Source: Eledone cirrhosa (taxonomy: Eukaryota). From it: a stretch of 50,002 nucleotides of DNA. Every line of letters starts with the position of its first letter. Within the stretch, counting starts at the first letter, position 1. Shown here piece by piece: positions 1 to 15,528 of the stretch. The stretch spans positions 1 to 50,002 of the forward strand of contig CAXHJY010000925.1 of assembly GCA_964016885.1 (NCBI GenBank), in the 5' to 3' direction. Made by a program: the position numbers and the translations under genes. Under the pieces are notes generated by a model. The model worked only from the letters and a program-made list of their open reading frames with translations. It was not told the origin of the DNA and ran no database searches.

Positions 1-106
1 CATATAAAATATACATATATATATATACATATACATATATACATATACACATATACATATATACATATATATATATACATATATATATATACATATATAT
101 ATATAC

Positions 107-180
<74 letters not shown>

Positions 181-220
181 GTACATATATATATTCATAT
201 ATATATATATATATATGTAC

Positions 221-257
<37 letters not shown>

Positions 258-284
258 CATATATATATATACATATATATACTA

Positions 285-334
<50 letters not shown>

Positions 335-441
335 TATATATATATACATATATATATATACATATATATATATATACATATATATACATATATATATATA
401 TACATATATATACATATATATATATATACATATATATGTAC

Positions 442-472
<31 letters not shown>

Positions 473-710
473 CATATATATACATATATATATATACATA
501 TATATATATACATATATATATATACATATATATATATACATATATATATATATACATATATATATATACATATATATATACATATATATATACATATATA
601 TATATATATATTCTCTCTCTCTCTCTCACACACACACACATATATATTCTCTCTCTCTCTCTCACACACACACATATATATTCTCTCACACACACAGACA
701 TACACATAAA
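1..710. repeat. Compound (AT)n/(ATAC)n microsatellite ending in (CT)n(CA)n
   Basis: Directly visible; overlapping YI-repeat ORFs are artefacts. Confidence 0.97.
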
Positions 711-1995
711 TACTTTTAGACACAATCGTTGACATTCAAATCCAGAATTTCTCAAAGCTCATAAAATATCGTGCATATACTCTGATATCACATACACACA
801 CTCACATACACTCACACACAAATACATACACACACAGAGACACAGACCACACTTGCACAGATATATATCTGTGATAGCATATATGTGTATTTCCGTCTGT
901 CTGTGATTCTCTATCTATTAGTGTGTGTGAGAGTTTCTAAACATGCATTTTCTTATTTTCATATTCCTTCCTGTACTACAAAAGCATCCTTTTTTTTTTC
1001 AATATATATTTTCCTATTATCCAATATGTACATATGTATATACACATGTATGTATATATACATGAATATGTATTATACACATGCCTGCATATATATGTAA
1101 GTATGTTGAGAGAAATATCGATTTGTTTCGTCTGTGTTTGATAAATACATGTCTTGTTCCTTCTTACCAACTCATATGATTGTTTTGCCGGATAAATCAC
1201 TCATTCTTCTCACTCTATCGGTTATTAACGTTAAGCTTATTATTATTATCAACATTATTATTATCATTATTAAATTATTATTATTATATTATTATTATTA
1301 ATTTTGTTTTTTGTTGATCATTTATTTGTTTTGTTGTACTTACTTGATTCTAATTAATTATAGTTATAGTAGTAGTAGTAGTGGTAGTGGTTAGTAGTAG
1401 TAGTGGTAGTGGTAGTAGTAGTAGTAGTGGTTCTCTTAGTGGTGATGGTGTTTGCAGGTGAGGGTGATGGTGCTGGTGATAATAGAATGTGTGTATATGC
1501 ATACGTGTATGTGTGTGTATATGTATGTGTGTATGTATGTGTGTGCGTGTGTATGTATGTATGCGTGTGTATGTGTGAGTGTGTGTGCGCGAGTGTGTGA
1601 GTGTGTGTGTGTGTGTGTGTGTGTATTAGTAACAGTGACATATCGTTAGTACTGTTAATGCATGTTTTGTTGGTAGTGGTGGTTGTGTCAGTAAAAATAA
1701 ATGGCGATAATATTGATGTTGTTGTTGGTTATGGTGGTGCTGGTGATGGTGTTGATAGTGGTGAACAAAATTAAGATGGTGAATGTGGTGATCCTGGTGT
1801 TTATTGTGAATATGATGATGATGGTAACGATAAGATTAACTATATAATTTGGCTCTTCAAATATATAAATGTATATCTTCATTCGTGAGTGTATAAATAT
1901 GTCCATCTATCTATCTAACTATATACATATGTATCTACCCCTCAATCTCTCGATATATACACACATACATACATACATTACATATATATACACAC

Positions 1996-2070
<75 letters not shown>

Positions 2071-2664
2071 TGCGTGTGTGTGTTGAGAGATAGCTAGAGA
2101 GGTATATATATATATATATATATATATAAATGATAGATACATATATACACACATAGGCACACGCAGACAAATACATGCAGACTCACACACACATACATGT
2201 ACTATCTAATATGTTTAGTTTTTATGTGTTTGTAGTAATATTTATATGTGATTGCATGTTTAGCGAGTGTTGCAGTGCATAGCAATTGAATTGGAATTGA
2301 ATGCCGCTATAGTAAATCCAGTCGAAGATCGATTAATTGATGTATGCGAGAGATGTTATAGTGGAATGGTATAAAACATTATATATTGTAAAGACCCAAA
2401 ATAAACACAACAACAACACCACCATCTAAGGTAACAAATAAAAATATTTCATACACGAAAATAATACTTAAAAATGATAGTGAAATAAATAATGTTTAAA
2501 AGAATAATGTTGGAAACAATATTATTAAAAACCGCCGACTAAACTATGTTTTTGGTTTGCTTTCAACTATAGACCCTATTCTTATAGGAATTATAAGGCT
2601 GTAATTTCATATTTCGTATATACCTTTATAGTATTGCTATTTATTTATTTATGGTAATAAGAAT

Positions 2665-3045
2665 AATTTTTGTACTTTTGGAACAAGACCAGCAATTTGA
2701 ATGGAATGGTAATATTCGATGAAATCGACCCCAGTGCATTACTGGGACTTTAACAAAACTAACCTCGGGGGGATTTGAAAATAGACCGTAAAGATCCGAA
2801 ATTGTATGCCAAAAAGTATGTTGTCCTAAGTTCTAACGATACTGAGTATCCGCTGAACTATCTCACATAATAATTGTTTCTAATTTTGGCACAAGACAAA
2901 CACATTGGATGTGCGAAAAGTCGATTACTTCGACTTTAGTACATTATTCTATCCAACCCATGATTAAAAGGATTTGAACTCCCGATGGGATGACAGACAA
3001 TGTTGAATTCAGCGGGATTTTAATCTCAGATCGCAAAGATCGTAT
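2665..3045 (-). mobile_element. Two adjacent decayed tRNA-derived SINE copies
   Basis: Shared blocks ggaacaagaccagcaattt / tcgaccccagtg..actgg / ggatttgaa(c) also seen at 5115-5325, 11157-11280, 36610-36812 and reverse-complemented at 17371-17530. Confidence 0.7.
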
Positions 3046-3139
3046 AACAATATAAAGGAAAATGGAACATAAAGACAGGTTTCCTAGGTCCGATCAGTAA
3101 ACATTTCCATTGCAGATACTAGCCGCCAATTATCGGGTA

Positions 3140-3282
<143 letters not shown>

Positions 3283-3434
3283 ATAATATAAGCTGTACAA
3301 TAGGGTTTATTCAAAGTATTAAGAAATGTTTCATTAACTTAACTGTATATATATACACATATACTACTGTATTCTATTACGTATTCCAGCCGATATGCTG
3401 AGGCCATGCTGAGGCACTGCCATTAATATATATA

Positions 3435-3484
<50 letters not shown>

Positions 3485-3684
3485 CAGCAGTTAATGAGTT
3501 CCATTTATGTATATTTCTTGCATGTGTAATTTTATATTGCATGTGTAATAATATAAGTTAAGTATTATATTGTATTATTACCGTACAGGTGTTTTAAACG
3601 AGATTAGTAATTGATCTGTAAACACCTGGTTTTGTTCATGATCCTTCGATAGCATATACAAAGCAATGTGCTTTTATGAGAGAA

Positions 3685-3724
<40 letters not shown>

Positions 3725-3739
3725 ATCTATCTATATATA

Positions 3740-3935
3740 TACTTCTGATAGTACCGGACATGAGAATGGGTGCTCAATACTGAAATAGAGTTTGAATACT
3801 CTTTATTATGGTTAAATGAGATCTCTTATTGCTCTTGAGTTTCATCTGTACACTCAAAGGATCATCAGTCTATAGAGGAAAATACAGAACGAGGTATGTG
3901 TTCAATTATAGGGGATAGAAAACCAATAAGGTGAA
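3740..3935 (-). mobile_element. Old PLE-type terminal fragment with decayed hammerhead between (AT)n tracts
   Basis: Minus strand CTGATGA-tcc...gat-GAAACTC-aa-GAGCA (U16.1 mutated, stem I weak), then aataaa and gtattgagcaccc tail motif. Confidence 0.45.
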
Positions 3936-4663
3936 ATATATACATATATATATTTATATATATATATGTTCGCACATATACAAATGTTTATATGTGATTT
4001 AGCCAATTGTTCTTCAAACTATCTCTTTGCATATTTGAAAGCTACGATAGGGAGAGGTAGATGTAATATAATATATAATAAGACCAATCACATAACAAAC
4101 AGACATAATACTAATAGGGAGAAGAAAAGGAATTATAAGCGTCATTAATTATCTCACTGACTTCATTTAACTACCCTGAAACAGGAAACGCCGGAATAGA
4201 AAGAAAAACAAACAAAAGAACAACAATCAATATTATTCCTCATAAAAAATAATTAAAAACTGTCTAAAAAACAAACAAGACAAAGAGAAATGGAAAACAT
4301 TAAGAAAACAAAAACAACAAAATATAAACTTAAAATAAAATAATCCACAATCTTCTGAACAAAAATATTTTGTAAATGAGAAATGAAATTAATAGAATGT
4401 ATAAGACACCGCTAATTATTGACAAAGGTAACAGCATTATTGATTTCTTTGCGTGAGATCAAAGTGATTAAGAATAGATGTTCTCATAAATAGATACTCA
4501 AAAACAACCTAATCTCATGTAATGGTGTTTTCCTTCATTAATGATATAAGTAACTGCTCCTGAATACGAGTAGATTGTTTGTTGCACGTAAGACAGGAAT
4601 ATATTTGAATGTGGGGAGGGGATTAATGAATAGCGTTTTTATTTTGATCCCAATGTCATGTTT

Positions 4664-4938
4664 GAGCAGGAGTTTAGCTAACATGGTTCAAGCTGAGAAC
4701 ATCATATTGTTCATATTTTATTGGAGTAGGAGTTTAGCTAACATGGCTCAAGCTGAGAACATCATATTGTTCATATTTTATTGGAGTAGGAGTTTAGCTA
4801 ACATGGCTGAAGCTGAGAATATCATATTGTAGATATTTTATTGGAGTTGGAGTTTAGCTAACATGGCTCAAGCTGAGAATATCATATTGTAGATAGAGAT
4901 TTTATTGGAACAGCTTTAGCTAACATGGTTCAGCTAAG
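4664..4938 (+). repeat. 60-bp tandem minisatellite, about 4.5 units
   Basis: Unit ggagtttagctaacatggctcaagctgagaacatcatattgttcatattttattggagta recurs at a 60-nt period. Confidence 0.95.
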
Positions 4939-5009
4939 AACGGATGTGGAAAAAAATGACTCCATTGGCCTTATCATTGCTGATATTATCGATTGGACGC
5001 CACCCCTAG

Positions 5010-5108
5010 CAGAGAGAGCAACGTGCTCAAGGTTATGACGCATAGCCCGGTCCGGGACACGAATTCGCAACCTCAAGATTGCGAATCTAATTATCTAACC
5101 ATTAACTA
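5010..5108 (-). mobile_element. tRNA-derived SINE head (second family), decayed
   Basis: Reverse complement reads tagttaatggttaga...ggttgcgaattcgtgtcccggaccggg, with A-box/B-box-like spacing. Confidence 0.55.
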
Positions 5109-5114
5109 CAATGA

Positions 5115-5325
5115 TGGTTTCCCATTTAGGCACAGAGCCCAGAATTTGGGGCGCAGGGGAAAGTCGATTAAATTGACTCCAGTGCACTACTGGTACTTTA
5201 TTTTATCGACCCCGTAAAGATGAAAGGCAAAGCTAACCATTTGTGATTTGAACTCGGAAGGTAGAGAGCTTTAATTCCATACCACGAAGCATGGTGTCCG
5301 ACAATTTACCCATACGGCTAATCAA
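5115..5325 (-). mobile_element. tRNA-derived SINE
   Basis: actggtactttattttatcgaccccgtaaagatgaaaggcaaag...gatttgaactc core, repeated across the window. Confidence 0.8.
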
Positions 5326-5608
5326 CTACCTAAAATAACGAACAAAAATAGCAAAATACATTATAAAAGGAAACCTGAAGTCCTAGTTTATTCCGATTCT
5401 ATACTAATTCATTTCTTCTATCACAATTCTTCATTGGCAAACTGCATAACAAGAGATAGTATTTTGAGAAAATTCCGAGTGACGAAGCGAAGTTGTTAGA
5501 GATCCGGTCCAAATATATCTTTATGAACATCTATATGATTCGGATTATAAATTCACACGCACGCACACACACACACTTATATATATATATGTGTGTGTGT
5601 CTGTATGT

Positions 5609-5663
<55 letters not shown>

Positions 5664-5676
5664 ATTTATACATATG

Positions 5677-5740
<64 letters not shown>

Positions 5741-5948
5741 AATCCAAATGTTATGCGAGTCAATTTCAGCTGATTGCAGGTGTGTTTATGAGAATATATA
5801 ATAAATTATCTTCTACTCACTTCATATGATTTTCTTAATGCAAATAGCTAATTGACTATTCACGTCTAACAAGTCAGACGTAAACCAATACATACATACA
5901 TACATACATACATACATACATACATACATACATACATACATACATACA

Positions 5949-5996
<48 letters not shown>

Positions 5997-6542
5997 CTTA
6001 CATATATGTGTATATATATATGCACATATGTATGTATATATATTGGCACATATATCTATATATATATGCACATATCTATATATATATGAACATATATCTA
6101 TATCTATCTATCTCTCTCTCTATATATATATACATAGGTAGGTAATTGTTATATGCTAGATGCTAGTTTTGCTATAGTGACCAGCCTTATCCTCTCATTA
6201 TCCCGTACATTTCATTTTATGATATCATATGACGGCCATAATATAATCTTATTAACGCGCCCGATGTGTTTATCGTCGATATAAGAAAGTGGTGAGTTAC
6301 ATTAAGTGTTATACCGCCGTATTAAATGGTTTATCAATACTTTGATGATGTCTGTGTGTCCGACATTATGTTATATATTATAAGATGGTTGGTTAGTTAC
6401 TGGTTCCAAATTAGGAGAACGTAGTTGAAATGGTTTCGTATTATGTCCATAAATCTGAACTTTACTTGGCTGTGTCTACATAAGAGTGCCGTCTGGTAAG
6501 TATATTTGTTCCACTAACAACAGACAGCAGACAGAGAGATCT

Positions 6543-6589
<47 letters not shown>

Positions 6590-6609
6590 AATATATATAT
6601 CTATATATT

Positions 6610-6647
<38 letters not shown>

Positions 6648-6896
6648 CAAATATATACATATATATTTGTGTGTGTATATATACACAAATATATATATGT
6701 ATATATTTGTGTATATATATATATATACACACAAATATATACATATATATACACACAAATATATATATGTATATATTTGTGTATATATATATACATATAT
6801 ATATACATACATACACACACATATATATATATATATACATATACAAATATGCTTATGTGTATATATCAGAGTGAATATAGGTGTACACACACACAC

Positions 6897-6979
<83 letters not shown>

Positions 6980-7217
6980 GCGAGAGTGAGATACAGTAGG
7001 TTAGTGAATGTAAAATAATAGTTTATTGCTGTTAAGATGTACACAAAATAAAGATAGCCAATGAGAAGGATGGTCGTAAAGGAGAGGTTGCAATGGAATA
7101 AAAGGGCTTCATAAAAAATCAATAAAAACACACGCACACCATTCACTCAGACACATACACACAGACACAGACACGCACGGTAAATATATATGTATGTGCA
7201 TATATATGTGTAATTAT

Positions 7218-7266
7218 ATATATATATATATACATACATACATACATATATATATACATACATATA

Positions 7267-7300
<34 letters not shown>

Positions 7301-7318
7301 CATACATACATACATATA

Positions 7319-7352
<34 letters not shown>

Positions 7353-7798
7353 CATACATACATATATACATATATATACATACATATATACATATATATA
7401 CATACATATATACATATATATACATACATATATACATATATATACATACATATATACATATATATACATACATATATACATATATATACATACATATATA
7501 TATATATATATACATACATACATACATATATATATACATACATACATACATACATATATATACATACATACATATATATATATATACATATATACATACA
7601 TATATATATACATACATACATACATATATATATACATACATATATATATACATACATATATATATACATACATACATATATATATATATACATATATATA
7701 CATACATATATATATATATACATATATATACATACATATATATATATATATACATACATATATATATACATACATTATATATATATATATACATACAT

Positions 7799-7829
<31 letters not shown>

Positions 7830-8623
7830 ATATATACATACATATATATAAATACATACATACATATATACATACATACATATATATATATATACATACA
7901 TATATATAAATACATACATATATATATAAATACATACATATATATATATATACATACATATATATAAATACATACATATATATATATATACATACATATA
8001 TATAAATACATACATATATATATATATACATACATATATATAAATACATACATATATATATAAATACATACATATATATATACATACATATATATAAATA
8101 CATACATATATATATAAATACATACATATATATATATATACATACATATATATAAATACATACATATATATATAAATACATACATATATATATATATACA
8201 TACATATATATAAATACATACATACATACAAATACATACATACATACATACATACATACATACATTCATACATACATATATATATATACATACATACATA
8301 TATATACATATATATACACATATATACATACACATATATACATATACATATATATATATACATATATATATACATATATATATACATATATATATACATA
8401 TATATATACATACATATATATATACATATATATATACATATATATATACATATATATATATACATATATATATACATATATATATACATACATATATATA
8501 TACATATATATATACATATATATATACATACATATATATATACATATATATATACATACATACATACATACATATATATACATACATACATACATACATA
8601 TACATACATATATATATACATAC

Positions 8624-8657
<34 letters not shown>

Positions 8658-8803
8658 ATACATACATATATATATATATACATACATACATACATATATA
8701 CATATATATATATACATACATACATATATATATACATATACATACATACATATATATATACATATACATACATATATATATACATATACATACATACATA
8801 TAC

Positions 8804-8856
<53 letters not shown>

Positions 8857-8867
8857 CATATATATAC

Positions 8868-8901
<34 letters not shown>

Positions 8902-8977
8902 ACATACATACATATATATATATACATACATATATATATATATACATACATATATATATATACATACATATATATAT

Positions 8978-9008
<31 letters not shown>

Positions 9009-9143
9009 CATACATGTATATACATACATATATATATATACATATATATACATACATATATATATATACATATATATACATACATATATATATATATACA
9101 TATATATATATACATATATATACATACATATATATATATATAC

Positions 9144-9188
<45 letters not shown>

Positions 9189-9233
9189 CATATATATACA
9201 TACATATATATATATATACATATATATACATAC

Positions 9234-9296
<63 letters not shown>

Positions 9297-9311
9297 CATA
9301 TATATATATAC

Positions 9312-9351
<40 letters not shown>

Positions 9352-9417
9352 ATACATACATATATATACATATATATACATATACATATATATATATATA
9401 CATATATATACATATAC

Positions 9418-9451
<34 letters not shown>

Positions 9452-9469
9452 ATACATATATATATATAC

Positions 9470-9500
<31 letters not shown>

Positions 9501-9749
9501 CATACATACATATATACATACATATATATATACATACATACATATATACATACATACATATATACATACATACATACATATATACATACATATATATATA
9601 CATACATATATATATACATACATACATATATACATACATATATATATACATACATATATATATACATACATATATATATACATACATATATATATACATA
9701 CATATATATATACATACATATATATATACATACATATATATATACATAC

Positions 9750-9780
<31 letters not shown>

Positions 9781-9841
9781 CATACATATACATACATATA
9801 TATATACATACATATATATATACATACATACATATATATAC

Positions 9842-9872
<31 letters not shown>

Positions 9873-9943
9873 CATATATATACATACATATACATATACA
9901 TACATATATATATACATACATACATATATACATACATACATAT

Positions 9944-9976
<33 letters not shown>

Positions 9977-10159
9977 TACATATATATATACATATATATA
10001 TACATACATATATATATATATACATACATACATATATACATACATATATATATATATACATACATATATATATACATACATATATATACATATACATACA
10101 TATATATACATATACATATATATACATATACATATATATATACATATACATATATATAC

Positions 10160-10192
<33 letters not shown>

Positions 10193-10193
10193 C

Positions 10194-10226
<33 letters not shown>

Positions 10227-10227
10227 C

Positions 10228-10262
<35 letters not shown>

Positions 10263-10372
10263 CATATATATACATACATACATACATATATATACATACA
10301 TATACATACATATAGTACATATATATATACATAGATATACATACATATATATATACATACATATACATACAT

Positions 10373-10405
<33 letters not shown>
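7218..10405. repeat. 3.2-kb (AT)n/(ATAC)n compound microsatellite
   Basis: Directly visible; source of the spurious 1094/867/700-aa ORFs. Confidence 0.98.
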
Positions 10406-10406
<1 letters not shown>

Positions 10407-10595
10407 TATACCTCGCATTGGGATCAAGTCAAAAAATTCTAAGTGAGGCGAATATTTGATTAAAACAACCGCAATATATGATTGATACTAAATATAAAGG
10501 AGGAAATCAGATGAAGTTAAAGTTCATATCTCCAGAATTTGAACTTATATCTTTAGTAACCATACATCACTTCTCTCACATATTGTGTCCTGTAA

Positions 10596-10732
10596 ATGAT
10601 GATGATGATGGTGTTGGTGGTGGTGGTGGTGGTGGTGTTAGTGGTGGTGGCGGTGGTTATGTTAAGAGCACTTTTAGTAGTGGTAGTATTAGCTGTGGTA
10701 GTAGTAGTGGTGGTGGTAGTAGTGGTGTTGGA

Positions 10733-10779
<47 letters not shown>

Positions 10780-10822
10780 TAGTGTTAGCAGCATTGGTAG
10801 TAGTAGTGGTGGTGAAAGTAGA

Positions 10823-10856
<34 letters not shown>

Positions 10857-10949
10857 GCAGTGGTGGTAGTAGTGTTAGCAGCATTGGTAGGAGTAGTAGT
10901 GGTGGTGGAAGTAGTGGTGATGGTGGTGGTGGTGGTGGTGGTGGTGGTG

Positions 10950-11027
<78 letters not shown>

Positions 11028-11050
11028 TTAGTGGCATTGGTAGTATTAGT
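10596..11050. repeat. (GGT)n/(AGT)n trinucleotide repeat with internal duplicated unit agtgttagcagcattggtag
   Basis: Directly visible. Confidence 0.93.
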
Positions 11051-11156
11051 AATCTCAGAGAGTAAAAGATCATATCTAGATACTGCACGTTACTATTTCT
11101 CATGCTACAACCCAACCATGACCTACCCATTCTGCCATTAAATAATAATAATATAT

Positions 11157-11280
11157 GTTTCTACTTAAGGCACAAGGCCAGTAATTTGAAGGGGAAAGAG
11201 AAAGTCCATTAAATCGATCCAGTGTATTACTGGTACTTTATTTTATCGATCCCGTAAGGATGAAAGGTAAATCTAAGCTC
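11157..11280 (-). mobile_element. tRNA-derived SINE, truncated
   Basis: ggcacaaggccagtaatttg...actggtactttattttatcgatcccgtaaggatgaaagg matches 5140-5230. Confidence 0.8.
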
Positions 11281-11458
11281 GTATCTATTTTATTTGAAAG
11301 GCTATTATAGAATCTCGATATACTTATTTCTTATTCCTCTGTTTTCCTGCCACAATTTACGTTTCTACAGGGGGATAAAAATATATATCTCTCCTCCCAA
11401 CATCTTCCTCTCTCGTTCACTATCTCTCTTTCTCGCTATCTGTGTGATTTTTACTCTC

Positions 11459-11640
11459 TGAAAAGAGTCAGGACCCCGACGGCTGAGCTCCTGCCGTTTC
11501 GACAGTTCGGGTCTAGCTGTCAAAACGGCCGGAGCTCAGCCATCGGGGTCCTGACTCTTTTCATATCAACCACTCTACTACTCCAAGTATCGAGTACCCT
11601 AGTGGGATATGGTCTACCTGGTTTTTACCACTCCCTATCT
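11459..11640 (+). mobile_element. Fold-back element family C: 105-bp palindrome plus tail, carrying the 3' half of a hammerhead
   Basis: 11459-11505 is the inverted repeat of 11517-11563; arm consensus ctgtc-GAAACGGC-aggagctca-GCCGTC-ggggtcc; homologous to 46322-46506 and 36863-36892. Confidence 0.75.
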
Positions 11641-11661
11641 GACATATTTATATATATGTAT

Positions 11662-11842
11662 ATAGAGAATTAGTATATTTACCAACATATGCGTACAGAT
11701 GTACACTAATGCTAGCAAATACATAAGTTATGTCATAGTACCTAGGTGGTTCAATGCAGGGGGATGCAGAACAATTATATGAAAGACGTAAAAAAAGAAA
11801 ATTTAGAAAATTTTAAAAATTAAAAATTAACTTACTTACTAA
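11662..11842 (-). mobile_element. Tail of family D element (same family as 40991-41822)
   Basis: agaattagtatatttaccaacatat...gctagcaa...gaacaattatatgaaagacgtaaaa...aattaacttactta is the reverse complement of 41665-41820. Confidence 0.8.
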
Positions 11843-12225
11843 AATTTAAGAATTTATAAATTTCCGGTTGGTTGGTTGGTTCCACAACCGGACGGTTGTT
11901 CATATATTGTCAAAGTTCTTTCGTCACACATTATGTGACCTCTTCAGTGACTGGGGATTCTTTTCTTTGTTTTTGTGCCTCTCCTTTGTTCTGTCCTACG
12001 CCATCTTGTTTTCTTATTGGCAACATGACCCTCCCAAAGTGAAGAGGTCACAGAATGTGTGATGAAAGAACTTTGACAGTATATGAACAACCGTCCGGTT
12101 GTAGAACCAACCAACCAACCGGAAATTTATAAATTCTTAAATTTATAAATTTAATTTATAATAAATTGGAGTGAAAAGAACTGGTGCGCGTGTTTCTTAT
12201 TGGCAACATGACCCTCCCAAAGCAT

Positions 12226-12232
<7 letters not shown>
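11842..12232. mobile_element. Penelope-like element terminal repeat (family E) in inverted arrangement
   Basis: 11843-11946 is inverted to 12040-12143; both homologous to 14885-15150, which lies downstream of a GIY-YIG ORF end. Confidence 0.85.
11909..11951 (-). ncRNA. Minimal type I hammerhead ribozyme (family E)
   Basis: GUCA CUGAAGA g GUCACA-uaaug-UGUGAC GAAA G-aa-C UU| UGAC: stem I 4 bp, stem II 6 bp, minimal stem III. Confidence 0.75.
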
Positions 12233-12279
<47 letters not shown>

Positions 12280-13320
12280 GTATGTGTGTAAGTGTGTATG
12301 TATAACGAAAGATTTGTGCAATAATTTTGCTTTTTGAAGAAGCATTGTGGTTTTAAAAGATTTGTGTGACAGATGGTAAGGGGACGGCCTGTACTCTGGT
12401 CATCCACATTCCACGTATGAATTATTGTACTTATACGTATATACTTGAATGGAAATATTCATAGAAACACACACGTTTCATATTCAAATACATTCATATG
12501 AACTCACATAAACACAGATGTTGAGGATACCAAAGGCATTCGTTAGTGAAATTTACCATGCATCTGTTTATTACGGAAACCAATGATATATAACACACCC
12601 ATAGCTCACATTCTAAGATAAACCTTTGAAAAAACCATTCAAGTCATAATTACATACATATATTATGATTATCATCATATACATATATATATATATATAT
12701 AATATAAACAGATCTACACACAAATATATATATATATATAAACTGCCATAAACTAACACTACATACGCGCGCACACACATACATACATACACACACATAG
12801 ACATACACATAAAAATCCTTCATCCTATAAATTTCTGTTGTCATAGATATATTTCCTCTGACACATCGTCCCCTGTATCCCTAAACCAGATAAATATATT
12901 TTCTGTCACAACCCTTCTGATACCATCCCACATCATATCGGCCATGATTCAACCAAATAAATTCTAATATTTTAAATGGTTTCTATTGAAAGTAAAATTT
13001 GTTAGCATCATTTTATATAGAAACATTATTTTAATTCACTACCTGACAAATGAATTGTTTTAATAAATCTCTTGATGTTCATTAAATAAATGGATTACAG
13101 TGCATTTCATCAGACATATGGTCACGAAAGTTTTCTCTACAACTAGAACATTCTAACAATGTTTATTAGCATGCTGTCTCTCTCATTAAAACGTCGATTA
13201 TGTTAAGAGTATTATTGCGTTTCTTTTTTAACAAATTTCATAGTGTAGCTTCGAGTTTAGGAGTTTGTAGATATAAGTCTCTGGTTTTATTCTCTATCTG
13301 TTTGCCTATCCCTCTCTAAA

Positions 13321-13391
<71 letters not shown>

Positions 13392-15049
13392 GTAGTTATA
13401 TCGAAATTAAGCATATATATTCTAAAATATCTACACCAATAGCTATTATTAAATTATTTAAGTTGGCAAAGCGAATTCACATTTTGCGAATCTGCGAGTC
13501 TGAAGAAATGGAAGCTTCGGATATGTAAAGGTACTGAAGGTAAAATTCCCTGCGGCGTCAAACTATAGAAAAGTAGTTCGTAAGTAACTCATACAAACAC
13601 GATGTTTGAAAGATAACTATGTTGAGGCTGTGGCTGACTACCTTTGAACATTGATCTGCCAGATAAGTTGGACTAACATAATCTTTTGTTCAGTGGTTTA
13701 TTGTCAAATTTACGGAGTATACACCGTAAGATCTGCTCATGGTGTTTCTGGTATAGATATGAGAGAGAGCGGGAAAATATTTCTGATATTTATGAAATAA
13801 ACAACACAATTTATGGGAAGATGTGTATCCGATATAATCGACCTCACTACTTGACGAATACTTATTTTTTTGAGCCTAGAGGAAATGAAGACAGAATTTG
13901 CACTCAAGATACAAACGTATATATTTACGCAGCATAATGTATTTGTCACACCATTGCGGAAAAATAATTCAAATATATAACTATGTTTCTTTAAGCACAT
14001 TCAGACACGATAGAGAATCGAGTACTTCCCAACCCCAACCTTTATTCAATTCTATCATTCTTTATTATTTATTTTCTCATTCTCTCAATCTATGTTACTG
14101 TCATTCTGTTGCTTTATTTAATTCTCACACTGCCAATCTCTTTACTTTCTCCCCGAAATCACTTACCGAATATCTCTGAGCTCTGACTCCATAACAATGG
14201 TAAAAAGAATGAAACACACACACGCATTCTCACACACAGACACAGACTCACACACAGACACACTTACACAAACACACTTACAGCAACACACAGACACACA
14301 CTCACATCGAGACACACACGCACACAAACACACACAGATACAAAACATGGCCAAAGGAGAGCGAAAGTCTAAAAGGAAGACAGCCTACCATTCAACACAT
14401 TCATATGGTAATTCTTTTTTTACTTATTTAATTCTATTACTGACACTATTCCACTACAATCTTCCTTAAAGGAAAGATTTAGATTCACAAAATTGCGTGT
14501 CTATATTATTTAGATTGCCGTTCTCCAAACTTATATTTTATTTTGCATACCAATATACATACTTTTAGGCAAATATGTATATATAAGTACGCACACACAA
14601 TATATATATATATATGTATATGTATGTATATATATATACATATATATGTATAAATATATATATATGTATATGTATGTATATATATATACATATATATATA
14701 TGTATGTATATATATACATATATATATATATGTATATATATATATACATATATATGTATAAATATATATATATATATATGTATATGTATATATATATACA
14801 TATATATGTATAAATATATATATATATTTCGTTTCTGAATTTGTTTAGCAAGATTCTTTATCTGAAATCGGGTGTTGAAACCGATATTGTTATACTTTGG
14901 GAGGGTCATGTTGCCAATAAGAAACACACGCACCAGTTGCTTTCACTTCAATTTATTATATATTTATAAATTTATAAATTTACAAATCTACAAATTTATA
15001 AATTTCTGGTTGGTTGGTTGGTTCCACAACCAGATAGTTGTTTATATAT

Positions 15050-15094
15050 AGTCATAGTCCTTTCGTCACACACTCTGTGACCTCTTCAGTGACT
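15050..15094 (-). ncRNA. Minimal type I hammerhead ribozyme (family E)
   Basis: AGUCA CUGAAGA g GUCACA-gagug-UGUGAC GAAA G-ga-C UA| UGACU. Confidence 0.82.
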
Positions 15095-15288
15095 GGGGAT
15101 TCCTTTCTTTGTTTCTGTGCCTTTCCTTTCTTCTGTCCTACGCCATTTTGTTTCTGTGTGTGTGTTGTGTGCTCAGTTTGCGCATGCGCCACATCCGGGT
15201 GTCTGTGTTCATTTATCTATTTGTTTATTTATTTACATGTTGTTGGTTGGTTGTTTGTTCTATGTGTGTGTGTGTTTTCATTTTGTCC

Positions 15289-15528
15289 TTAATTGTAAGT
15301 TGTGATGTTGCTGTTCCACTCATATTTTCTATTTAATTTTGGTTGTAATTCTTTTATGTTTACTGCCTCTGTAATTTGTCTAAACATTGCATCTTTTCTG
15401 TGTGTAGATTCTATTTTTATTTCTATGTTCTCTAATTTACCCTTGTGTTCTATCTTAGCATGTTGGTAGAGTACAGATGATTCTTTATTATCTTGAAGGT
15501 CTCGCCAGTGTTCATTTATCCGTTCCAA
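15289..15528 (-). pseudogene. C-terminal part of a GIY-YIG endonuclease of a Penelope-like element
   Basis: ERINEHWRD...SVLYQHAKIEH...RQITEAVNIKELQPKLN fits the R-x2-EH, H..H, R-x3-EA-x2-I and P-x-LN pattern of PLE GIY-YIG domains. Confidence 0.85.

Noticed and set aside
4664-4938. CRISPR-like array
   Set aside because: Units are wholly repeated with no unique spacers, the context is eukaryotic and there are no cas genes.
7143-10427. 1094-aa and other long YI/YM/CV ORFs (also 27785-29021, 32794-33670, 34087-35576)
   Set aside because: Translations of stop-free microsatellites, open in several frames and on both strands; not proteins.
10478-11141. Gly/Ser-rich or poly-Val ORFs
   Set aside because: Pure (GGT)n/(AGT)n repeat with no splice or domain evidence.
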